Positions 53,381 through 64,000 of a DNA stretch of 64,000 nt are shown piece by piece. How positions within the stretch are numbered: the first letter of the stretch is position 1; every line of letters starts with the position of its first letter. This stretch comes from Octopus sinensis (taxonomy: Eukaryota). Made by a program: the position numbers and the translations under genes. The DNA lies in NCBI RefSeq assembly GCF_006345805.1, contig NC_042997.1:179366001-179430000 (forward strand), given 5' to 3'. The notes under the pieces are model-generated. The model was not told the DNA's origin. It did no database searches and saw nothing but the letters and a program-made list of their open reading frames with translations.

Positions 53381-54134
53381 TTGTGTATATGTATATGTAC
53401 GGACAGAATTCTGTGTATTGAAGGCCTAAGACTGTATTGAAGATTGAAGGGAGACCAATTAATATTTAACTATATTTAAAGGAGAGAAAATAATCACATA
53501 TGTTTTCATCAGTGGTACCAACATTAGATATTTTTAGAAAGTGGCAAAATACTTATGAACGCGAAATTTTATGTTAAACTTAGATGTCACCAGCGTATTA
53601 AAAGTGGACTAGCGATGAAGAAATGAAGGAAGAATGAAGTAATATACCAACTAAACAAATATGAATAAATATGGACAAACATATTTAAATATTCTAATGT
53701 AACCCTAGTGTTTCTATGAATGTGTTTAAGGAGAAAAATAGAAAGACAAGCTTAAGCTTCAGTTTCATGTTAAGGAACCAGCAAGAGCGTGTACAAAAGT
53801 GAGCCATTTCAAATGCCATTAACAGATTTATTGTCTCATAGAATATAACGAAATATCTAGTCAGAATATATTTCCGAATTTTTACTGAACAATATTTCCG
53901 AATCTTTACTTAACAATAAAGCATAAGAATACGCATCACAACAGAACAACCATAGTTAACTTCGGTAAGGAACTAGAAAAAAAAAACAATATAAAAAATG
54001 TGCCAAGATTAGAAAATAACAATATCGGTTAACTTGAATTAATGGCGACACATGACCGTGCTACATAGAGAACGGCAGTCCTACGAAAGATGAAGTTGCT
54101 ATAGAACTCTGAAGAAAAATCCGTACACAATAAT

Positions 54135-54810
54135 CGATCTCGAAAGGATGAAAGGTAAAGTCGACCGCGGCGGAATTTGAACTCAGAACGTAGCGGCAGA
54201 CGAAATACCTGTTTCTTTACTACCCACAAGGGGCTAAACACAGAGGGGATAAACAAGTACAGACAAACGGATTATGTCGATTACATCGACTCCAGTGCGT
54301 AACTGGTACTTAATTTATCGACTCCGAAAGTATGAAAGGCAAAGTCGACCTTGGCGGAATTTGAAATCAGAACGTAGCGGCAGACGAAATACTTATTTCT
54401 TTACTACCTACAAGGGGCTAAACACAGAGGGGATAAACAAGGACAGACAAACGGATTATGTCGATTACATCGACTCCAGTGCGTAACTGGTACTTAATTT
54501 ATCGACTCCGAAAGTATGAAAGGCAAAATCGACCTTGGCGGAATTTGAACTCAGAACGTAGCGGCAGACGAAATACTTATTTCTTTACTACCCACAAGGG
54601 ACTAAACACAGAGGGGACAAACAAGGACAGACAAGCGGATTAAGTCGATTATATCGACCCCAGTGCGTAACTGGTACTAAATTTATCGACCCCGAAAGGG
54701 TGAAAGGCAAAGTCGACCTCGGCGGAATTTGAACTCAGAACGTAACGGCAGACGAAATACGGCTACGCATTTCGCCCGGCGTTGTAACGATTCTGTCAGC
54801 TCGTTGCCTT
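54135..54810 (-). mobile_element. SINE family A tandem array: one head plus about 3.4 bodies, period 184 bp
   Basis: Three junctions gacgaaatac|(c/t)t(a/g)tttctttactac spaced 184 bp apart; duplicated ORFs at 54274 and 54458. Confidence 0.95.
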
Positions 54811-54989
54811 AACAACAACAACAGCAGCAGCAGCAGCAACAACAACAACAACAAGAAAAAGAAAAGAAGAAGAAGACGAAAAAGAAAAGAAGAAAAAAGA
54901 AGAAGAAGAAGAAAAAATCTCATTATAATTATAACAAAACAATTATGATAAATTTATGGCAAATTTATCTAAACATGTACAAACTATGC

Positions 54990-55300
54990 TACAAGACAAC
55001 GAAAGAGACAATAATGTGGAACGTGTTAGTCCAGGCTGTCAAGAAGAACAAGACAAACATATCAGATATAATTATCAAAAAACAATGCATTATCCAGAAG
55101 GAGGCAAAGAAAACGCCAAACTGTAATGTTCATCAAACTAAAATAAGCAGGATGTGTGACTGTGTGGGAAGTAAAAGGAATAACTGGAATAATATGTACT
55201 ACAGAGGAGAAAATGAACGAAATGATAAAATGTGCTACCGGGAATCATATCTGTGCAAAATGCTATCCCTGCTAGGCACACATCACGCTCATAGAGCATA
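54990..55300 (+). mobile_element. Decayed R4-like RLE C-terminal fragment
   Basis: ETIMWNVLVQAVKKNKTNISDIIIK, TKISRM and KMLSLLGT resemble the endonuclease and C-terminal motifs of R4/Dong-like elements. Confidence 0.55.
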
Positions 55301-55854
55301 TATTACAAGCTCTGTGTGTAATACATGCATTAAATATTCAAAGTGTAATAAAATAGCAATAATAAGAATAAAGCATAATTCGCTAGGAACAATAACTGAC
55401 ACAGTGTATAAATAAATATACATAACTACAAGGCAATGTAAAACGAATCTCAGGGATACGGAAGTATGTCTCGTGGTGCGTTAGAAATTCGCATGAATCA
55501 CCCGAAGACATGACAGCAAAAATATTAACAATAATAATATTAGTGATACTAATTAATATCATTATGACAATAACAATGATGATGACGCCAATGATGAACG
55601 TGATAGAGAGTGTGACGATGACGACGTCGCTGATAATGATATTTTCTGATATTAAAAATTATTAGTTTTATTTGACACAGGGATATCAAATGAGGGATAC
55701 CTTACGAGATAAGTTTACCAGTTTACTACTTCTGTTTGTGTGTGTTGGGGGAGGGATACCCATAAAATATGGTGGGAAATAAAGGAAAAGGAGGATGAAA
55801 TGATTATATATTTGTTTGGCAAGATTTTCGATGTGAAATCGTATCTTGAAACAG

Positions 55855-56040
55855 TTATTGTTGTATTTAGGAATGGTCATTTTGCGGTCACAGGAGTGTT
55901 GCGAAAGAACTCTGGCCGAAATAAGATTAAGATAAATGTAAAAAATAAATAACGTTGAGGCAAAGTAACACCAAATATATAGAGCGTGTGCTTTTTATTG
56001 GTTAAACTGGCAAAATGACCATTCCTAAATACAACAATAA
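55855..56040. repeat. Perfect 31-bp inverted repeat with 124-bp spacer
   Basis: ttattgttgtatttaggaatggtcattttgc (55855-55885) and gcaaaatgaccattcctaaatacaacaataa (56010-56040). Confidence 0.95.
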
Positions 56041-56652
56041 AGTATGAAATGAGTTAAAATTATATATGTTATATAAAATATGTGAACTCAACGATGATAC
56101 AGTCCTCCATATACAGTGCATCTCTGTAGAGCTAATCATGGAATCCCACACATCTTGGATCACCCTGACCACCAACGGCGCAATCCAATGTTCACTTCTG
56201 AATTTCAATCTACAAGCTCAAGCTTAATATAGTTTCATTCACCATAACAATTTTTGCTACGGTCGACCAACATTTTGCAAATTCATCTTCAGATGTCGCT
56301 GCGGTCTACACACTCAATTTGCTTTCCAACAGAAATGTAAATAGTCGACGAGCGTTTGTCCAAATCGGAACGTGTCTTTCCTCAGTTATTTCAGTCACAT
56401 CCATCACGCCACCTCTTTCACTAAAGCCACAAGTCAAGGGACACCACCTGTTATGCTTCGTTCAAGATAGGCGCTGGGTGGGCACATACTCATAGATTCA
56501 GCCGATAGTCGGTTTCGTTCTTTACGCGACAAAAGCTGTTCGACATAATTACATAACTCAGCAATGCTCAGACAGGTAGTCATTATGTGTATACTCGGCT
56601 TCGTATATTTTATCCCAGTGTCACTTTGATGGCATGTACTGCTCTCCCACTC

Positions 56653-56653
<1 letters not shown>

Positions 56654-56725
<72 letters not shown>

Positions 56726-57046
56726 TTAATGATGATGATGATTATAATAATATTAATGATGATGATGATGATAATAATATTAATGATGATGATAATAATA
56801 ATAATATTAATGATGATGATGCTAATAATAATAATATTAATGATGATGATGCTAATAATAATAATATTAATGATGATAATAATAATAATATTAATGATGA
56901 TGATGATAATAATAATAATATTAATGTTGGTGATGATAATAATAATAATATTAATGTTGGTGATGATAATAATAATATTAATGATGATGATGATAATAAT
57001 ATTAATGATGATGATGATAATAACAATATTAATGATGATGATGATG

Positions 57047-57124
<78 letters not shown>

Positions 57125-57125
57125 G
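56654..57125. repeat. (AAT)n/(GAT)n compound microsatellite with a ~21-30-bp higher-order unit (aataatattaatgatgat)
   Basis: Directly visible. Confidence 0.95.
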
Positions 57126-58777
57126 TAATAGTGACAGTCTGTAGACTGTTTTACCGTGGATATCATGACAACGGGAGTAATGAACGCCAAAAGAATTAAT
57201 TAATATGACAGGCGTCGGGAAATATATAATTAAAAAGTATCATCAACGATTGAAGCATATTAAAATCTAACTTGTATATTACTATCATGTTTCTGAACAA
57301 AAAATAAGAAGAGCTTTCAGGTAGATTCTGTGAAAATAATAAACAGGGATGGAATGTATTTGTAATACAAGGTAAGATAACCCTTTGGCAAATCTATTAT
57401 GATAAATCGTGCATATAGATATTACCATTTCATCGAAATCTTGAAATAGTTTATTATTACTAACAATTTTGTTCTAGCGATGCCAGAAGCAATTCTTTAG
57501 TGGAGAGATAATTCAATACAAGTGGCCAATATATGATATTTCTAGCAGTTAACGGTGGTATATTCCAATGGGAAGCATTCCATTATAAATGATTGGAAAT
57601 CTTGATTTGAAACATCCCAACCAGAACATGTGTTCTTGGACGAAATCTGACTCCACGCTAGGAACGGGCAACATATTATTATGATTTAGAGTCAATCCAT
57701 GTTTATTCTGAAGAATATCGAACAGTTTGAAATATTCCTCGTTAGCAATGAATTACAGTATTGTATGTTACTGAATTGCTATTGAATATGATCAGTCGAT
57801 AAAATATTTCATATTAAAGAAGAGGAGTATGGACCTAAATGAAACATAGCGTGTAACAAAACAAAATTTGAAGAAATATCTTTAAATATAATGATAGAAC
57901 TAACTTTCTTGATTCAGTAAAAACCAATATCTCACTGGATAAAAATGGAAATACTTATGTTAGATAGCTCTTCTGGAATCACTAAGCAGAGTGTGTCGGT
58001 TTTCATTCACCTGTTGACGTAGTTCGTATTTATATGCCCAGATAATTTGATGAAAGATTTTGATTTAATGAGGAAACTAAATAAATTTCAAATTAATTTC
58101 TCTTAGATTTAAGTGCTTCTAAGTATGTAAAGTTTAGAGTGATAGAGATAAATGATTCTGAACGCCATGGTGATAATATAGATTAATTAGCATATGAAAA
58201 TCAAAAGAAAGTAAACATCCGTCACTCTGAAAATTGGTACGAAAATATAATTGAAAGACCTGAAAGCCAGAACTGAAGTAATATAATACTTTCTAAATGA
58301 ACATCCAAAGCGATGGTTGGTAGAGTAGGTGGCGACCCGCTCGAAATGGTTTGAGATATTTAGTTCTGTTTTATATTCCGAGTTCAGGTTCAACTTTTAT
58401 TTTAATGCACATGGGTTTCATAAAATAAGAATTGGGTGGAAGTGAGTATTACAAATCATTTATTCTGCTTCCAAAATACGTGTACACTGATATTTTTGTG
58501 TTAGAAATCATTAGTGCTTTATAGAAAAACACTATAGTGCTTTATAGAAAAACACTATAGCCCGAATAACATATGACCTAAGACCTCTAAGAAGAAGGAC
58601 ATGTTTTGTAGTCAATGCTCTCATTTCCCCCCAAATATTTGTGAGATTGGCTAAAATTTCAAGCATTACATGATCTTTCGAAACAAGTAGAAAAAGACCG
58701 ATATATAGGTCTTGGAACTGATATATCGCAATTTTAAAACGAAAATGTATAAACGTACACCACTCAAAATGCAAAGA

Positions 58778-59605
58778 AAGGAGGTGCGTTCCAAGAGTTT
58801 CGAGACATTTTTAGCAGAGACACTTACAACTGCCCTAAACTTTTGTAATTTTAGCATATCATTTCTGCACATATAATAACCTGACCTGCCAACTTTTGTT
58901 ACTTGAGATAGAAGGCGACGGCTGTAGCAGGACTTTGAATACAACTTACTAAACATCGCTTGTCACAACTGGCTGTTTTCAGAATGGATTCGGGTTGTGA
59001 AGACAATTTGGAAACTCGCTGTGTAATGACGTTTTATGCTAAACTAAGCAAAATCGCCGAAGAAAATTGTGAAATGGTTCAGACAACTTATGAATTAACT
59101 TATGTGATCCGAGCATCTGTTTTGCGCTGGTACAAGAGGTCAGGCAGAGCAAGTTCGCCGGGAAGGTCATGATGATCACCTTTTTACATCCAATGGGTTT
59201 CCTATTGTGAGATGGTCAACAAGGAAGTTTTGTAGATGTTTTCAGGGAGTGATCAGAGTACCTGATACAGGGCAAGGTACCAGGCCACAATTCCATCCTG
59301 GTAGCCATCTTCTTAACAGAGATGGGCATCAAAATTATCCCTCACCCTCCCTAAAATCCAGGAGATGTTTCCTGTGGCTTTTGGTTGTTCCCCAAGCGGA
59401 AAAAGAGAAGGAGACCTGTGACAAGGGTCCTGGACACCTTCATTTTGGAAGACTTCCAAAAGGTCTGAAAGAAGTGGCTGGACTTCTACAAGTGCATTGG
59501 AGTTAGGGAATCCTTCTTTAAATGATATTAGAATTTTGTTTTTACTCCTTTGTAATCAATAAATATCTCCTAAAAAGTCTTAAACCTTCTAGAGTGTTCC
59601 GACAA
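58778..59605 (+). mobile_element. Internally deleted, decayed mariner (DD34D-type) element
   Basis: MDSGCEDNLETRCVMTFYAKL..EMVQTTY..RASVLRWYKR (HTH) joined to KVMMITF, HNSILVAIFLTEMGIKIIPHPP*NPGD..FWLFPK and VTRVLDTFILEDF; TIR-like ggaggtgcgttccaagagtttcgagac at the left end. Confidence 0.85.
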
Positions 59606-60065
59606 CTGTTTACACTAGAATGCACAAATTTGGAGCCTCTGATTATTAAATGTGATTGAAGCACATTGTTTTTCTTTCTTTCTTTCTTTTTTGAATATCG
59701 TAGTTCCACCGAATAATAAATGATAAAATGTATGTAAATGATATTTAATACAAATACATAAGTTATAACAATTCTTATATGATAATTACTGATGTTTCAT
59801 TGTAGCTATGCATACCAATTTCCGAATACATAAATTTATTGAATACCTTCAATTTAGTTCTTACTTAAATCTGACAAGTAGTCATGTTAAGAATAGACTT
59901 TAAAACTTGATAGGTCTGTAGTATTTCAAAGGTGATTATTCATGGATAGTTACAGAATTTTGAATGCCAATAGCGAATTAGATAGCGCTAGTTGTTTGTC
60001 AAACATAAAAATAACAGGTGGAAAGGTAAATATTTTGTGTTATGTTAATATTTATATAAATAAAG

Positions 60066-60515
60066 AAGGCGGAGAGCTGGCAAATTCGTTAGCATGCCGA
60101 TTAAAATGTTTAGCGGCATTTCATCCAACTGAGTTCAAATACTGCCGGAGAAAACTTTGTCCTTCATCCTCATCCTTCGGAGTTGATAAAACCATGGGTC
60201 GATGTAATGGACGAGTCCCCTTATCTGAAATGGCTGACATTGTGCAAAAATTAGAAAGCAATATTTATAAACTACGGGGAAGGCAGTGAGAAGGCAGAAT
60301 CCTTAACACTCCGGCCAAACTGCTTAGTAGCATTTCCTCCGTCTGAGTTTAAATTCTTCCGAAATCGACTTTGCCTTTCATCCTTCCGAAGTCGACTTTG
60401 CCTTTCCTCATTCCGGGGTCAATAAAATAAGTACCAGTTAAACAGTGAAATCAATGTAATTGACTTATGCCCATCTCCGAAATTGCTGGCTTTGTGCCGA
60501 AATCTGAAACCAATA
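60066..60515 (+). mobile_element. Two adjacent degenerate SINE family A copies (each with head, tail type 2)
   Basis: Heads at about 60066 and 60281; tails ttgtgcaaaaattagaaagcaat and ttgtgccgaaatctgaaaccaat. Confidence 0.8.
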
Positions 60516-63049
60516 TCTAAATAACAACATTAACAAATTACACGCAAATGCAATAAGATCATTTTAAAAAGTTTATAGTAACACTTCAAATTTCTGTTAC
60601 TTTGAAAAATACATATTTCCAGTTACCTAATAATGCTTCATTACATAGGACCAAGAAAAGATATTTAATGGGGAAAAGCAGTTGACGTGACTGAACCAGG
60701 TACCTGGCTGTTTCTTAAATTCAGAAGAATGAATGGCAGAGTTAATCCCGCTAGAATTTAAATACAACATAAATGAACATAACTACATATTCACTGATAC
60801 GTTTTCCCGTCCTACTACGTTTGAGATATTCACCGTTTCTATTGTTTTTCGCAGAATTATTTACCAAAGAATAACAAATAACATCCAAGGAAAATGACAC
60901 TGGTAGAATCTATTAGCTGATTTATATTATAGTGATACAAGGTTTTAAGCTTTATTTTATTAAAATTGAATTGATAAGCATCAAAGTGTAGAATGAAACT
61001 TTCTGAATTGAGCCAGGCCCACAATCAGGCCTCTGTTCCAAGTTGTAATTTGCTATCTATTACGCATCTTTTGCTTGTAAAATTGCTATTAACACCATAG
61101 CCTTGAGTAACAAAAGATTTTGACACATTTGTGACATTGTGAGAATCACACATTTTATATAATAAAACGTTACGAAATAGGAAGTATTTTATGATGGTAG
61201 GTGGGCGGCTACGTATATTACCTCAGAATATGTCTGAAATCGCTTTGTTTAATTTTTGTTTTCTGTGTCCTTCTGAAGTGATTAACCCAGATTTCTAACG
61301 TCTGTTATTAAATCGGGAACAAAGTTCGGCACACAACAAATTTCTATAATGAATGTAGCATTTCGATGCATCAAAAATATAATTAGTTTGATATCGATCT
61401 CTTCAGGATTAAGCTAAAACCTATTGATCGATCACAGTCAAACGACGAGTCGAATAGTATTCCTGGTATTTAGGTAGGTGCTTCATTTACATGATTTCTA
61501 ATGAAAAGATGGCATTGAATCTAGACATCAACACAAATTGAATTGAATTTAAATATGGTACCACCTACTTTCAACCAGGTTGAGTGAAGAGCTATAAGAT
61601 AAGTAGTGTTGGAAACGAGAATAATATTCATTGGTGAATCTCGTTTACTAGCATATTGTTTCAAAAATAAATTTTCTTAGTTTCGAAGGAATATATTAGT
61701 CTTATGATCATTCAAACTTAAATTTAAATTTACATAAAAATGGAACAACTCTTCATTAAAAGCAACTACAAGTATATTATGCACGTAGCATGTTAGAGAA
61801 ACTATGTGAAAGTAGATGAGTATCGAAAGAAATAAGTTTCGAAATTTATGTTCACAGAATCTGCAACAACTAATCAATGAATGCTGAAATTGGAACATTT
61901 TGCTCGCTTCATTTAAATGCAGCAGCAGACTTTTTCATAGTAGTTATGTTTCCATCAACTGATCTAATTCTTGTATACGGTTGATCGAGCCAGCAATAAC
62001 GGCTTGTATGCCAGAAATTTACTTTAGACGTTCGGAGAGACGAATGCAGTAGATCGTTTTAACAGATAATAGAAATAACTAATGAGTCTTTGTGGCTGAT
62101 TCCCATAAATTGATATACGAACATGAGGTATAGCATAAAATACACATTTTCCCAACCGGCTACTGCAATAAAGAGATCAGCGATGTTCATTAATGAATCA
62201 TCAGAACAATTAACTTCAGCGGGTAACGAAGAAATGTGAATTCTGACATTCATACTTCTGTTAAATGGTTATGGACACGGAGTTGAATAGGGTTAAAATA
62301 TCGAACAGACACTTTTGCCATTCTACTTGTGGATTGTGATGTTAGTTCTTGTCTGCAACACAGAGCTGCATCTGAATTGAACACACTTTACACTTTATGC
62401 ATTTGCTTCTTCAACGAAGTATGAACAAACGCAATTAACGAATAGATCGACAGCATAACTTCGGATGGAAGTGTAAATTGTGAGCATATAGTAGAATTCT
62501 AGACAAATGTTAGTTTTGCTTATATGCTTATATGAGAGCTGGAGCAATATTGGAATTCAGACGATAGCTGATGATTATTAATAAATTTTATGAAACTGAA
62601 AAGTGAATTTATATTAAAACATATGTTGGATTCCAATATACTTTGAAAACAAAGGATACACACAAAGTGGAAAAAAAGAGTAAAGAAGATAGATGAGAAA
62701 GAGAAAAGGAAGGTGAGATATTGAAAGAGAAACTCTGAGTATAGAACACTAAAGATATTACAAATATAACAATTCAGATTTCTTGTTTAATAAATAAAAT
62801 AAGCTACATTAAATCTTATAATGTTATCATTCAAGTTTTCTATATGTGTTTCTAGCAATTTGCTATGAAATTAAATAAAGAATCGGAAATATATTATATT
62901 TATTGAATGCAATTTAGAGAGAAACTTCCAAACATTTGGTATATTCTGATGTGTAATTGGCACTTGAAAAGGCAGGAGCGAAAGATGTTTGCAAGTAAAG
63001 TACTTTCGATGGTACATAGAAATCAGCCATAAATCACACACACACGTGA

Positions 63050-63128
<79 letters not shown>

Positions 63129-63134
63129 ATGTAT

Positions 63135-63290
63135 ACGAGAAGTCAAAAGTTATCCGTGTTTTCGCCATAACATATTTTTATTATTGTCACACTGCCTTCT
63201 GCGTATGCGTACTTATAGTTGGTACTATTGTGATCACGTGATTGAAGTTTGAGCCTGATCGCGTCATCTTTATTTCTGACTTTTCAGTGT
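63135..63290 (+). mobile_element. Mariner-like 5' end fragment
   Basis: TA then CGAGAAGTCAAAAGTTATCC resembles a mariner TIR; followed by tgcgtatgcg...gatcacgtga..aagtttgagc. Confidence 0.45.
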
Positions 63291-63426
63291 AAGGTCCACT
63301 AGCAATAGGCACCAAAGAACAAAGAGCAGTGATCCGAGAGATGGTAAATTAAGTACCAGTTGCGTATTGGGGTCGATCTAATCGCCTCCCCCAAAATTTC
63401 GGGCCTTGCGCCGAGCAGAGCAAGGA

Positions 63427-63473
<47 letters not shown>

Positions 63474-64000
63474 GGGAGGGTGGATGTTTGGTAGGATCGT
63501 GTTCGTGTGTGTAAGTGTGTTCGTGTAAACGCATATACCCGAATGTTAAATATAGTCAGTTAAACAAGAATAACGTTTGACAATGTAAAAATGTGTAAAG
63601 GAAAGAATGTTACTATTGATATGAATAACAACTCCCGGCAAATATGCTTTCTACAGAAACTATTCCGTAACGACTTGGAAACGTAGGATGTCAATATAAA
63701 AGGAAGTGGCAGTGTGAAACTAAAGAGCCCCTGCTCTGTAAAAGAAGCAACGCAATTTCTTGATGACATGATTTAGTATAAGTGACCAAACGTGTGGATA
63801 ATTCGGTTTGCTTTTAATTGTTTCATTAATCGTTAATTACCAGTTTCATCTATTTTGCCAAAGCACGGATGTTATGGAAAAGGGAACCTACGCATCATTG
63901 AAAGACTTGCTAGAAATAGTAAGCAACCTATACATTCTTATTATTATCCTCCTCATTAACGTTTTATTCATTCAGATTAGGATTTGATTTAAATTTCGCT

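Noticed and set aside
54135-54810. CRISPR-like or retrozyme interpretation of the 184-bp array
   Set aside because: No unique spacers or cas genes, and no CUGANGA/GAAA hammerhead core in the unit; units are SINE bodies.
56587-57199. Poly-N/D, poly-I/M and poly-L/S ORFs
   Set aside because: (AAT)/(GAT) microsatellite translations.
58505-58560. 23-bp tandem duplication (also 21-bp at about 2066-2105)
   Set aside because: Ordinary slippage duplications without further structure.

Overview
AT-rich, microsatellite-dense eukaryotic DNA. The SINE repertoire and repeat style resemble octopus (coleoid cephalopod) genomic DNA; this is an inference, not a database match. No known protein-coding gene can be identified, and most ORFs in the track are translations of (TA)n, (TACA)n, (TG)n or trinucleotide microsatellites. 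The window reads as intronic or intergenic, filled with decayed mobile elements: three tRNA-derived SINE families, Tc1/mariner remnants (a DD37D/maT-like copy and a DD34D mariner-like copy), TIR MITEs, a Helitron-like end, and fragments of Tx1/L1, RTE, R4/Dong-like and Penelope-like retroelements. Best leads: (1) minimal hammerhead-ribozyme-like motifs in two Penelope-like ends; (2) a ~200-bp two-copy structured element with an incomplete HDV-ribozyme-like pseudoknot; (3) one SINE family that repeatedly forms head-body-body multimers with a fixed junction, two of them inside single target-site duplications; (4) several fold-back repeats that could form dsRNA; (5) a speculative three-exon small ORF with a promoter-like site at 17.9-20.8 kb. 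Coordinates of decayed elements are approximate and identities were judged by eye.
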